From: a phage
Sequence record: PZ534511.1
DNA: 64,000 bases
Direction: 5' to 3' (one strand)
Below, piece by piece: positions 49,109 through 58,782 of this stretch; position 1 is the stretch's first letter, and each line of letters begins with the position of its first letter. Made by a program: the position numbers and the translations under genes. The notes below the pieces were generated by a model. It saw only the letters and a list, made by a program, of their open reading frames with translations. It did no database searches and was not told where the DNA came from.

Positions 49109-49579
49109 TTACTGTCCGATTTTAAAGGTTGCAGATTCAAGCAGCACATCGTAATGCCGCATAGCCTCGTTGAAGCCCTTTTCTTGTGCCCACTGCTCAC
49201 TAACAGTAGGATTACTAAACTGCCCAGCCTCAATAACAAACTGGATAGCTTTGGCCCCTGTGTCCCCCATCTGCTTAAGAATAGCCTCTGCACTTGATCC
49301 TCTAGCCATAGCTCTCAACAATTTTTCTGTCAAGGTCTGTAGTTGAGTACTATGAAATGCAAAGGCTGTCTCCATGAAATTGCGAACAGGCAGCCCGTTC
49401 CAACCGAAGTTGTGAATGGCTGCCAATGTTGCCATATTTAAGCCTGACGGGTGAGGTTCGTCATAAAAGCCGTAGGTTATTGTTTTACTTTCAAGTCTCA
49501 CAAGTTCTTTGTAGAAGCGATCTAAACGCTTTAGGTTGAACCTTGTTTGACATTTAACCTTTAGCATTATATCCCTCAC
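49109..49579 (-). CDS. Head-tail connector/neck protein
   Basis: Position; 156 aa. Confidence 0.4.
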   Translation of the reverse strand: MRDIMLKVKCQTRFNLKRLDRFYKELVRLESKTITYGFYDEPHPSGLNMATLAAIHNFGWNGLPVRNFMETAFAFHSTQLQTLTEKLLRAMARGSSAEAILKQMGDTGAKAIQFVIEAGQFSNPTVSEQWAQEKGFNEAMRHYDVLLESATFKIGQ

Positions 49580-49620
49580 TAATGTATTTTACCACAAAGA
49601 TACATCAAAAGCAACAATTT

Positions 49621-50298
49621 TTAAAAACTGCGTTTGCGTCTTGGGTGGCGAGGAGGTTGGTTATTTAGACCACTGATAGGTGTAATCCCCTGGACATCGA
49701 ACGGTCCGTTGCTGTTTTCATTAAATTTAACCCGAATTCCTTCGTCTACACGAACACCACCAATGATAATCATTCTGCTGTAAGCATCTAGCTCAGAATC
49801 TACATAGTCTGGGTGTGCCAGCAGCCAATCAAGGAAATCCTTCCATTGGGCGTAGGAAGATCCACCACGAATCTCTATGGTCTCATCACCTATTTTTTCC
49901 AGACGGGAAGTTATACTTGCATTACCACTGGACACTTCCTGCATCATCAGCCACCGCACAAGCTGCACAAGCACATTGTACTTAAGCAGGGGCAGCTTAT
50001 CAGGATCTGCCGGATAATTTAGTTTCAACTTCTCCATGTCAAGGAATGTTTTAATTACCTCATCAGGGAGGGTTTCCTCATCAACATTGCCAAGTAACAA
50101 CCTCATAATATTAATAAGAGGTTGGTCTGGATCAGGTTCCGGAGGTACAGGATCTTCTTTTGGTGGTTCTTCTGGGGTATCGACTACACCATCATGGTTA
50201 GGCGGTGACGGGATAATCTCTTCATCTTCATACCATGCCATTTGAAAATACCTCGTAAAAATAAAGCCCCATTCCTGATTTGGAAGGGGCCTTAACAA
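49621..50298 (-). CDS. Virion structural protein with Pro/acidic-rich N-terminal region
   Basis: Track ORF; PPKEDPVPPEPDPDQP; true start may be internal. Confidence 0.4.
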   Translation of the reverse strand: MLRPLPNQEWGFIFTRYFQMAWYEDEEIIPSPPNHDGVVDTPEEPPKEDPVPPEPDPDQPLINIMRLLLGNVDEETLPDEVIKTFLDMEKLKLNYPADPDKLPLLKYNVLVQLVRWLMMQEVSSGNASITSRLEKIGDETIEIRGGSSYAQWKDFLDWLLAHPDYVDSELDAYSRMIIIGGVRVDEGIRVKFNENSNGPFDVQGITPISGLNNQPPRHPRRKRSF

Positions 50299-50300
50299 AA

Positions 50301-51128
50301 TTATGCCAGTGCAGCCTCAAAATCTTTCATCATATTTTGGAAAGTTTTTGCCTTACTTAAGGTAACACCGTACTCTTTAGCGAAGGCTTGAAGTGCATCT
50401 TTTGAACCACTTTTGTCATCTTCGTTGTTAAGAGCTGCGGCCTGTTTAAGGATTTCATCCTTATTCTCAATGGCTACAAATGAGGAAGAGGATACAGTCA
50501 CATCTTGCGGATCTGCTACAGTAACTTCACCGTCACCACCAGGTTCAGTAGGACCTACAGGCGGCTCCGGCTCTGGTTCAGGCGGTGGAGCTATCGTAGA
50601 GACCAGTCCAAGATTTACAACCTGAGAACGTTTCTTAGGCCACTCAATGGTGAAAGTTTGGGTATCTTCTTCATAAACAATGTTGCATTGCTCATCGTTT
50701 ATGGTCACTTTTTTAGGCATCCCTACAGGGTCCCATAGATGGCCCTCTGCCACGGAAACTTGGAAAGCAGCATCTACCTCTTTAAACACTGAAGGAGTTA
50801 GTGTGATATTGACATCCCCGCTTTGCAGTGTTAAAGTGCTTTCATCAAGGTTCTCTGTGAAGAACAGAAGAATAACACCCATACGGATAGTTGAAATACC
50901 AGTATCAATTGGCAGGCCTGTGTGTTTTGCAATCTTCTGGAAGAAGTCTACAATCGTTCTGCATGGATAGTGAACACTGCCAATAACGAATTCTGTTGGT
51001 GGCAGAAGAGCTGATAAACCAACATTGATTTCTGGATTGTATTGTGCTAAAAATTGATAAAAACTTAACTGATTGTTGAAAACTCTTAATAGAGGATCAT
51101 ACTCAACTGGATATACGGCTCTCTTCAC
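50301..51128 (-). CDS. Virion structural protein with (PE)n linker
   Basis: PPPEPEPEPPVGPTEPGG linker; follows major capsid terminator. Confidence 0.4.
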   Translation of the reverse strand: MKRAVYPVEYDPLLRVFNNQLSFYQFLAQYNPEINVGLSALLPPTEFVIGSVHYPCRTIVDFFQKIAKHTGLPIDTGISTIRMGVILLFFTENLDESTLTLQSGDVNITLTPSVFKEVDAAFQVSVAEGHLWDPVGMPKKVTINDEQCNIVYEEDTQTFTIEWPKKRSQVVNLGLVSTIAPPPEPEPEPPVGPTEPGGDGEVTVADPQDVTVSSSSFVAIENKDEILKQAAALNNEDDKSGSKDALQAFAKEYGVTLSKAKTFQNMMKDFEAALA

Positions 51129-51149
51129 GGGACACTCCTGTTAAACCCT

Positions 51150-51184
51150 AATAAATAAAAAGGGGAGGGGAGAACCCCCTCCCC
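51150..51184 (-). terminator. Strong rho-independent terminator after major capsid gene
   Basis: 9-bp GC stem GGGGAGGGG/CCCCTCCCC then TTTTTATTTATT on minus strand. Confidence 0.7.
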
Positions 51185-51208
51185 GTATGGGATGAATCAC
51201 CTTAGTGA

Positions 51209-52219
51209 TTAGCCACCGTTTTTCAGAGTTACTTTAACAACCAGCTCCGGACGGGTGTTAACTGCCAGCATAGAAGTTTCAGATTCAATCTTCTCTTCAC
51301 GCAGGTATGCAGAGTGTTTATACCACATATACAGTTCCTGTGCTGGAGTATTTGCTTCGTTAACATCGTCTGCCGGAGCAAAGTGCAGCTGGAACATCTG
51401 ATCAATACCCATCGGCAGAATGCGAGCTTCTTTCTTAGGAATATTGCCAGAGATATCTTCGATAAAGGTGATACCTTTATGTTCGAACACACGATAAACG
51501 CTGTCCTGACCGCCAGCACCCAGACGACGACGCAGAGGTTCCTGAGCAGAGCCGTAGTAGGTGTATGCCAGCTCTACCAGAGGGTGGTGAGTGATTGCAC
51601 TGAAGAACTCAGGAGAGCACAGAGCCACGATACGGTAGCCAGCAGCGTTGTCACCAGCTTGCAGGGCGATATGCAGACGAGCGTCTTCCAGAACTTCCAT
51701 CGGGTCCTGATCTGCTTTTGCTGGATCGATTTCTACAGATTTCTGATCTACGCCCCACAGAGTGTAGTAGTCATACTGACAGGTTGTGTCACCAGGTGCA
51801 TAGGATTTACCCAGAATAGCCTGGAACAGCGCTTTCTCACGCAGTGCTTCATGAGAAACACGGATACGGCGAACAACGCGGGTTACTACGTCCTGAACAG
51901 TTTTCGGAGCATCAGGGGTGAAGTAACGACGGAAGTTCTGAACATCTGCTGCGGTGATGCCTTTGTCCAGAGGGAAGAACGGGATGTTCAGGTTTTTAAC
52001 CTGAGCACGTTCACTACCAACGTAGTTACGCTCACCACCACGACGGCGTGCCGGAATGTCGGTTACAACTTCATCAACACGCTCAATCTGAGCAATTGTT
52101 GAGGTGCCGAGACGGGTTTCGAACAGATCCATACCAGTAATCAGGCGGAATTGACGTGGAACAAGGTCCAGAGTAGCACCTAAATCAACAATGCCAAATT
52201 CATCTTTACGAGTAATCAT
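51209..52219 (-). CDS. Major capsid protein
   Basis: 336 aa after decoration and scaffold genes, followed by strong terminator; lambda gpE-like size. Confidence 0.65.
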   Translation of the reverse strand: MITRKDEFGIVDLGATLDLVPRQFRLITGMDLFETRLGTSTIAQIERVDEVVTDIPARRRGGERNYVGSERAQVKNLNIPFFPLDKGITAADVQNFRRYFTPDAPKTVQDVVTRVVRRIRVSHEALREKALFQAILGKSYAPGDTTCQYDYYTLWGVDQKSVEIDPAKADQDPMEVLEDARLHIALQAGDNAAGYRIVALCSPEFFSAITHHPLVELAYTYYGSAQEPLRRRLGAGGQDSVYRVFEHKGITFIEDISGNIPKKEARILPMGIDQMFQLHFAPADDVNEANTPAQELYMWYKHSAYLREEKIESETSMLAVNTRPELVVKVTLKNGG

Positions 52220-52267
52220 TTATTTCTCCAAAGTAAAACTTAAATATTTTCCCGAACAATTTAGGAC

Positions 52268-52657
52268 TTACTCTTCACCAAGAGTCTGGACGTGAACTTT
52301 GTTACCCAGAGCTTCCAGCTTTTCAAGAACAGCCTGCTTAGCTGCTTCACCGTTAGACCCCAGCAGCTTATCTTTTGCAAAGGTAACACCGTGAACTGCA
52401 ACAACCAGTTTATATTTCTGACCTGTTTGCAGAGGCTCAGCAAGATGAACTTTTCCTGCATCTTTTACCAAAGCTCGGTCTACAAGAACACCATAAACGT
52501 CTGAGCCATCATCGTTAGCGATAGTGCCAGTTTTTGTTACAACAGTACCCGCATGGTGGTGCTCTGTCAGTGTAATTTCCATCTCTTTAAAATTGTAGCC
52601 AGCATCGCTAGAATCAACTTTGCCGAGCACGATATCAGAATATTGAGCGGTAATCAT
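52268..52657 (-). CDS. Head decoration protein
   Basis: 129 aa immediately upstream of major capsid gene. Confidence 0.55.
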   Translation of the reverse strand: MITAQYSDIVLGKVDSSDAGYNFKEMEITLTEHHHAGTVVTKTGTIANDDGSDVYGVLVDRALVKDAGKVHLAEPLQTGQKYKLVVAVHGVTFAKDKLLGSNGEAAKQAVLEKLEALGNKVHVQTLGEE

Positions 52658-52677
52658 TTATTTCCCCCGTTAATGTC

Positions 52678-53655
52678 TTATTTGTTAGATTCTGCACGTG
52701 CACGAGCAAGTGCTTTTGCAACGTTTTCAGCAAGAATTTCTTCTGCGGATTTCGCAATATCATCCACAACAGGTTCGCCATCATTACCATGTTCAGTGGT
52801 GGCAAACTCTTCTTTAGTTTTATGCACCTCTGCTTCCAGCTCTTCAATTTTTGCTTGAGCTTTCTCCAGCATAGCTACGATAGGTTCGTTAGCTTTTTCC
52901 AGCATGAAGTTAACCAGGGTTGCGTGATCTTCTTCACCAACAAAGCTTAAAGCTTGAGCCTTAGTCAGCATTTTAGCTTTTTCAACTTCAACCTGGGCCT
53001 TGATGATTTCTTCAGCTTTACTCTGGGTTGCTTTCAGCTCTTCTACTTGCTTCAGCAGATCCAGATACTCTTTAGTTTTGGTTACGTCCACCGGATTCTC
53101 CTCGGTATTTGCGGATTTTGCAACATCATCCACCTCGGTAGTTTTATCCACCTCAGCAGGTTCCTGTACCGCCTTGATCAGGTTCCCTTCTTTATCGAAG
53201 AGATCAGCGGTTACTTGTTCAAAAATCTGTTGTGTTTTTAACAGGCTGTATTGATCTACCACACTAAGCTGCTTGCCTTCTTTTGCAGCTTTATGAATGG
53301 TCACGTTATCACAACGCTCTTCCAGCCATGCAATACAAGACTCTGCGTCAGCTTGCGCCCATTCCCAATCAGGATGCTCTTTAGCCCAAGCCTCCTCTTC
53401 AATCTCAAAACCAAGCATGTGTGCAAGTGCTTTAGCATCATCATACCACATATCGAAGAAACGACGCAGGTATTCTTCAAAACTAAGCTCCACAGTAACT
53501 TGGCGAAGTGCCTTAACAATGTCGTCTGTTAACTGCTCAGGCTTAAGATCACTCTTCATTAAAAGAGATACAGGTCTGTTGTTAGCGCTATAGCCTTGCG
53601 CCTTATGGCACAGGGCAATCCCCTTCTCTTTAATAGTAATCGTTTTTTCAGACAT
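52678..53655 (-). CDS. Scaffolding protein
   Basis: 325 aa, acidic, helical/coiled-coil character; between portal region and decoration gene. Confidence 0.5.
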   Translation of the reverse strand: MSEKTITIKEKGIALCHKAQGYSANNRPVSLLMKSDLKPEQLTDDIVKALRQVTVELSFEEYLRRFFDMWYDDAKALAHMLGFEIEEEAWAKEHPDWEWAQADAESCIAWLEERCDNVTIHKAAKEGKQLSVVDQYSLLKTQQIFEQVTADLFDKEGNLIKAVQEPAEVDKTTEVDDVAKSANTEENPVDVTKTKEYLDLLKQVEELKATQSKAEEIIKAQVEVEKAKMLTKAQALSFVGEEDHATLVNFMLEKANEPIVAMLEKAQAKIEELEAEVHKTKEEFATTEHGNDGEPVVDDIAKSAEEILAENVAKALARARAESNK

Positions 53656-54230
53656 TATTCATTGCCCTCTTCTACAACACTGATTCCGAAGTTTACGTTG
53701 GTAATTTCACCAGTTTCTTCATCAACATTACCTGTTGCCTGAATGCTTAGGCCACCAACAATGCCAGCCTTCTTAGCTTCCCATAGTTCAGGATTATTGT
53801 ATTTAACTTTAGCAACCCAAGAGCCAGCCTTGATGACCTGCTCAGTGCCAATTACTACAACATCAAACTCTTCTTGAATCCACGTCTTTTCAATAGTGAA
53901 AGCATCTGTAGAGGTCAAGTGAAAAAGGTTTTCAGAAACTAGGCCTGCGGCGTATGCTGCGTCCCAGTTATCTTTAGCCTTTTTGATGGTGTCTTTACTC
54001 ATCCACTCACCGTGAGCATCTTTAGTGTCAGGCTCGTAGATGATTTCGTAGGAAATCATTTCTTCCTGTGGCATCTTATTCCCCATGTGGATTATTTTAT
54101 CACGCCAAAGGAGGTTTTGCAACCCCCTGTGTTGATAATTTTTAATTTTCCATGTTGGATATGGAATTATCTCTGGTTGATGACATCTTAGAAGTGCCGT
54201 TACCAGTGGATCCTGCAGCCATTCCATCAC
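53655..54230 (-). CDS. Head morphogenesis/prohead protease candidate
   Basis: Position between portal and scaffold; N-terminus overlaps portal 3' end so start is probably internal. Confidence 0.3.
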   Translation of the reverse strand: MMEWLQDPLVTALLRCHQPEIIPYPTWKIKNYQHRGLQNLLWRDKIIHMGNKMPQEEMISYEIIYEPDTKDAHGEWMSKDTIKKAKDNWDAAYAAGLVSENLFHLTSTDAFTIEKTWIQEEFDVVVIGTEQVIKAGSWVAKVKYNNPELWEAKKAGIVGGLSIQATGNVDEETGEITNVNFGISVVEEGNE

Positions 54231-55698
54231 CAGCCCTACTGATGTCCTGGCCCAAGAGCTTCATCAGCTCTTCCTGATCCATGTCCTCGTCAAATCTTTC
54301 ATCAAACCCGCCTACTTCAAGAATCTTATTAATTACTGCAGGAGTTTTTGGCAAGTAACCTACAGCACCGATCCTCTGGACAAATTTGGAGAAGCTCTCC
54401 ATGTCCACCTCTTCAATCAGACCAGGTTTCAGTTTAGGCATATCATCATCTTCAAGGATGATACCATTCAATGCCAGAAGCTGTGGAATAAGATCCTTAT
54501 TGAAGGCTTCAGTGATAATATCTATATCACGCTGAACAAAATGACCATGGATAGACTGTTTTGACTCAGACAGAGAGAAGGATCCAACGTTATCGTTACC
54601 GAGGTTAATAAAGCCAGCACCGAAACGGTCAAGAATCGCCTTCTTACGGGCATCAATCAAATCTTTAGTCGAATACTGCTTACCCATACCATCAACCCCC
54701 TTCAGGGTCATGGAGTAAAGCTCTTTACCAGACTTATCTCTATCAGACGGAAGTATAAAGAAACTTTGCTCACCACTATGGGCGTTTGCTGCGTCAAGCA
54801 TAAGGTCTGCAACCATTCTCCCTTCCATTGAATTCGGGTCAATGCTGGCCTTGTTCAAAATATTGGAAGGAATTTTCAGCTCAAGCACGCCACCAAGGTC
54901 TTTGGAACAGCCAACAACCTCAAGGTTTTCAATCAGAACTTTCTCACGGAAAGATCTGTAGCAACCTATCATCGGTGACACACCTGCAGGGTTAGATTCT
55001 GTTCCTGACAGGGTCATGAGCATAAGCTTTTTAGCAGGGATGAAAATTTCAGGCTCATTAAAGCCTTTTGAAGGCATTGCAGCAAGAGGTCCAGCCCAGC
55101 GTGCATTCTGAGTGTTTAGAAATGCATTAGGTGACTGATAAATACCTGTCAGTGTTCTACTATTCTTGTCAAAAACAAACGGCTCTGATCTGGACAGGCT
55201 GGCCTGAGGTCGGAATGCAATTTTATCAATAAGAAGCATCCCGGCATATTTACCTTCTTTCTCTCTGCGGTATACTTTCTCAAACAGTGAAAAACCATAC
55301 TCGTTAAAGGTAGCTGCGCTTCTTGCAATATCTCGAAGAGTTTGTTGGTTTGCCAAATTACGCAAAGAATACTCTATAAGCTCGGCAGCTTTCTTAGAGT
55401 CTTCACTTTTAACATTATAAAGGATCTTAAAATCATTGAATGCTTTCGTGATGAAAACATATTTTGTATCTAAGGCAGTAGCAACTGTGGAATCACATTT
55501 CATAGTCTCCACTGTGGCAATCAGCTGAGGCCAACGCAATTCCTCAACCATCATAGATTGCGATTCTGCCATAATTTGGGAAAGTGCGCCAGAACCGATC
55601 TCACTCATACGAACATTATGAGTTGGTGCGCCTGCGTTCCCAGATTTATTCACAGTTTTGGCTGTGGCGTTGTGTTTCCTGCGGTTCTTTTTGGACAC
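54142..55698 (-). CDS. Portal protein
   Basis: 518 aa directly downstream of terminase. Confidence 0.65.
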   Translation of the reverse strand: MSKKNRRKHNATAKTVNKSGNAGAPTHNVRMSEIGSGALSQIMAESQSMMVEELRWPQLIATVETMKCDSTVATALDTKYVFITKAFNDFKILYNVKSEDSKKAAELIEYSLRNLANQQTLRDIARSAATFNEYGFSLFEKVYRREKEGKYAGMLLIDKIAFRPQASLSRSEPFVFDKNSRTLTGIYQSPNAFLNTQNARWAGPLAAMPSKGFNEPEIFIPAKKLMLMTLSGTESNPAGVSPMIGCYRSFREKVLIENLEVVGCSKDLGGVLELKIPSNILNKASIDPNSMEGRMVADLMLDAANAHSGEQSFFILPSDRDKSGKELYSMTLKGVDGMGKQYSTKDLIDARKKAILDRFGAGFINLGNDNVGSFSLSESKQSIHGHFVQRDIDIITEAFNKDLIPQLLALNGIILEDDDMPKLKPGLIEEVDMESFSKFVQRIGAVGYLPKTPAVINKILEVGGFDERFDEDMDQEELMKLLGQDISRAGDGMAAGSTGNGTSKMSSTRDNSISNMEN

Positions 55699-55798
55699 AA
55701 GCTTTACCCCTCAAAACAGTATAACAAAATAGCCCTCGTCAGAGGGCTAGTATCTCCAATTACTTTATTGTACCACATCTAATTAAGATTGGCAACAC

Positions 55799-56605
55799 TT
55801 AGATAAAACGCTTGAACATAGAAGGTGATGAGATTGATGGAATCACACAAGGAAGTGCTACCTCCTCTTTCTCCAGGAAATTAATCGCAGAAGCTACGCA
55901 GTCGGCCCAGTCGTCTTTTCTGTTAAATGTTGATCTTTCCCCGTTGAATTTTTCAAGTTCAGTCAGAAATGCTTCCAGAGTATCAGGATGGAAACTGGAT
56001 TTTACAATCCTCACCATTCCTTGTTGGGCAAGATTGGCAAAAGGTGAGAACCTTGTCAGTTTAGACTTGTTGGAAGGCATTGGGTCTTCTTCAACCCTGA
56101 ACCCTTCGGCAAGCAAGGATCTGGAGGAGGTTAAGAACTCACTCTTACCTGCCTGCCCTGGGTCCACAGAGAAGACGATTATGCAATCATCACCATCGAA
56201 CTGCGCCTGTTTCCTGATGATCACATCTCGTTCACCAGCCTTTTTACAGAACTTGCCTTCCAGACCTGTGGAATACCTCCCGTCATCCACGTTCTCAGGA
56301 CAATAATCACCGGACAGGTAATAAAAGCCGTCGCTATCTTTACTTACCTTAATACTGGCAGTAAAGTCAGGAAATTTATTACCGGAAGTTCTCTCGGTTC
56401 CTGCCTTATCCCATGCCCTGCAAGATACTGACCCAAGAGGTACTCTATCGGCATCACGAAGGAAAGATCTTTGAAAATAGTTTGCACCCTCAGGCTTTGC
56501 AAACCAGTTACCATGGAGAAGCTGAGCTTTTTCCAGCTCTGGTAGACCTTCAAGGAAAGCAAGGTATTCTGGGTTATCTCTCAGGCAGACAGGATTATCG
56601 AATCC
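55799..56605 (-). CDS. terL: Terminase large subunit, exon 3 (nuclease domain)
   Basis: Frame open from in-frame stop at 56606-56608; GFDNPVCLRD..LLHGNWFAKPEG..SVSCRAWDKAG..DDWADCVASAINFL; track ORF 55799..56290 is its 3' part. Confidence 0.7.
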   Translation of the reverse strand, partial: GFDNPVCLRDNPEYLAFLEGLPELEKAQLLHGNWFAKPEGANYFQRSFLRDADRVPLGSVSCRAWDKAGTERTSGNKFPDFTASIKVSKDSDGFYYLSGDYCPENVDDGRYSTGLEGKFCKKAGERDVIIRKQAQFDGDDCIIVFSVDPGQAGKSEFLTSSRSLLAEGFRVEEDPMPSNKSKLTRFSPFANLAQQGMVRIVKSSFHPDTLEAFLTELEKFNGERSTFNRKDDWADCVASAINFLEKEEVALPCVIPSISSPSMFKRFI

Positions 56606-57578
56606 TTATATTCAAAGGTGGTCGCAACACCACCTTCCGCACCTTTACGTGCTGCTGCATGTTACCATGCAGAGTAGACTATATCACCACCCATTTCAGG
56701 GTGCTTCGCTTTTCGAGCGCCATAAGCTTGCGCCCTACTCCCTCTCGGGATAGTCGTTGAACTACATTACCAATCGTAATTGTTTGAAATATAGGTGTAA
56801 GTCTTACGGTCTTTTATTCCTTTAACAACACTAAAACTTACTCCCCACTTCTTAGCTATTTTATTGACACACAAGACCTTATCACTAAGATCCTCGCAGA
56901 TACCTATTATCTTGTGCTCACTTATCCGATTAGAGGTTGGCACTTTTCTAAAGTTAAACTCTTTAGAAATATCTGGGTATACTGAGCCATTCTTTATACC
57001 ACTTACAAGTGGTTGATTGACACCGAACATTTCACAAATGTCTTTTACCCTTGCGCCTTGTTCTAACAGCCTACATATTTCAAGAGCAGTGGCATCATCC
57101 AGGGACCTGTATTTATTGACATAGTCCTTTTTAAGTCCCATTTCATGAGCGTGATGTGTGTTTTCCTCAGGCGTTGTCCACTCAAGGTTCCATGCGGCGT
57201 TATTCAACTTATTACCATCTAGGTGGTTTACTTGAGTTTTCACGCTGGGATTGTCATTATCAACAAAAGTCATAGCAATCACTCTGTGAACGAGCACTTG
57301 GAACTTTTTACCGTCCTCGCACAAAGTTACCATAGCATAGCCAGTCTTTTTCTGCACATTAGGATGGAGGAATTTATTAGAATACAGACTGTAAATTCTG
57401 CCATCGTATGTAGCACAATAATGATTGTAGCCTAAAAAGCCTAAATTTTTCATTTCAAACATCTCCCTACTACAGGTTCGGAAGGGTAATTATAGCTGCT
57501 GATTGTCCGTTTAGCAATCGGATTTCCCAGCAATTAACGAAGTTATTCGACGTGCATTTCTGCACGAAGCCACTATCA
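56606..57578 (-). mobile_element. Group I intron 2 in terL, with HNH endonuclease ORF
   Basis: P AATTGCTGGGAAA (~57523-57535), Q AATCAGCAGC (~57495-57504, compensatory to P), R GTTCAACGACTATCC (~56748-56762), S GATATAGTC (~56677-56685); boundaries approximate. Confidence 0.65.
56767..57462 (-). CDS. HNH homing endonuclease (HNH_3-like), intron-encoded
   Basis: NHLDGNKLNNAAWNLEWTTPEEN motif; C-terminal HTH-like region; between Q and R elements of intron 2. Confidence 0.75.
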   Translation of the reverse strand: MFEMKNLGFLGYNHYCATYDGRIYSLYSNKFLHPNVQKKTGYAMVTLCEDGKKFQVLVHRVIAMTFVDNDNPSVKTQVNHLDGNKLNNAAWNLEWTTPEENTHHAHEMGLKKDYVNKYRSLDDATALEICRLLEQGARVKDICEMFGVNQPLVSGIKNGSVYPDISKEFNFRKVPTSNRISEHKIIGICEDLSDKVLCVNKIAKKWGVSFSVVKGIKDRKTYTYISNNYDW

Positions 57579-57902
57579 TTTAATGGTTGCGCCTATAAAC
57601 GAGAATGACAACGGTCTTGGCTTGATCTCAACACCCAGTCCGTTAACCGTGGTGTATTTCTCTATCAACTCTTCTTTAGAGTCTCCCCAGATAAATTCAC
57701 CGTCGCGTCGGATAAAATATCTTTTCTTACCGCATTTCTCCGGATCTGGATACCCTTCATCGTCCAACCACCATCTAACCAGTTTGGCAAGCATGTGTTC
57801 TGAATCGGGGTTACAGCTGATAACCATTCTTGATGGATACTTTGACTGAGATCGCAGACGAGACATCAGATAGTCTATCTGCTCCCATTCGAATTGTGTC
57901 GT
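57576..57902 (-). CDS. terL: Terminase large subunit, exon 2 (ATPase C-terminal part)
   Basis: Frame open from stop near 57903-57905: TTQFEWEQIDYLMSRLRSQSKYPSRMVISCNPD; exact 3' end (5' splice site) probably just upstream of 57579. Confidence 0.55.
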   Translation of the reverse strand, partial: TTQFEWEQIDYLMSRLRSQSKYPSRMVISCNPDSEHMLAKLVRWWLDDEGYPDPEKCGKKRYFIRRDGEFIWGDSKEELIEKYTTVNGLGVEIKPRPLSFSFIGATIK

Positions 57903-58782
57903 TTATGTTCGGGCAAGGTCGCTAGTCTTGCCCCGCCATTTTCAGGCAGCTGCATGTCTCCATGCAGACCAGACTATATCTTATGAATGTGTAAATACTC
58001 TGCCGCTCTAAGAATAGTTTCCTCATCCTCTTGGAAGAAACCTAAAGCTCTGTTGCATTTATCACAAAGCAACCCTCTTACAGCACCAGTTTTATGGTCA
58101 TGATCAACACAAAAGAAATCTCTATACCCTTGCGTCCTATACTCATCAAGGGATATTCTACAAATGGCACACTTATGATCTTGATCTGAGAGTAGACGAT
58201 AGTATTCATCTTTTGTTATGTGAAATTTCTTCTCAATCTGATAAAACTTTTCACACATCTTACACCTGTTCGTAACCAGATATACTTTACCATAGTCACG
58301 TTTTGTGTAAAAACTATCAGCGAGCATACTTTCATGACAAGATTTGCATTCAAAAAGTTCACCTTTCTTCAGCAAGTCTTGAATAAACAATGCTGCGTCA
58401 TCTCTCTTAACCATATTTTTGTTTTTACGAGATCCACCCTTCCTGTAGTACATATAGCATTCCTTGCATGTACCTGAGTATCCATCCTTGCTCTTAGATG
58501 ATAAAAAGAAATCATCAATAGGTAGAACTCTTTGGCAATCCATACATTTTTTAGTATTACACATTCACCCTCCCGTTTCGAATCGCTTGATTCTACGTCT
58601 TTCGACTAGTCGTTGAACGTTCATCCTCTCGGATGCTTCGCTGCGGATTATCTAAATTAACACACTGTTACCATACCTTCGATCTCTCTTCGAAGCCTCT
58701 ATCATGTTACCATGACAGGTTGGTGGTGTCAATAATAAAGATTTCCCCGCAATTAGGGAGGTTTTACGAGAGCTACAAATTA
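57903..58782 (-). mobile_element. Group I intron 1 in terL, with HNH endonuclease ORF
   Basis: Minus-strand core elements: P AATTGCGGGGAAA (~58742-58754), Q AATCCGCAGC (~58640-58649), R GTTCAACGACTAGTC (~58604-58618), S AAGATATAGTC (~57972-57982); boundaries approximate. Confidence 0.7.
57974..58564 (-). CDS. HNH endonuclease (endonuclease VII-like) with CxxC zinc fingers, intron-encoded
   Basis: CVDHDHKTGAVRGLLCDKCNRALG motif; several CxxC pairs; between R and S elements of intron 1. Confidence 0.75.
   Translation of the reverse strand: MCNTKKCMDCQRVLPIDDFFLSSKSKDGYSGTCKECYMYYRKGGSRKNKNMVKRDDAALFIQDLLKKGELFECKSCHESMLADSFYTKRDYGKVYLVTNRCKMCEKFYQIEKKFHITKDEYYRLLSDQDHKCAICRISLDEYRTQGYRDFFCVDHDHKTGAVRGLLCDKCNRALGFFQEDEETILRAAEYLHIHKI

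Noticed and set aside
54142-54230. 89-nt overlap between portal gene and the next ORF as a programmed frameshift
   Set aside because: More simply explained by an over-extended N-terminus of the downstream ORF; no slippery sequence seen.
56344-56562. 72-aa minus-strand track ORF
   Set aside because: Lies in an alternative frame inside terL exon 3, whose own frame translates to conserved terminase nuclease sequence.
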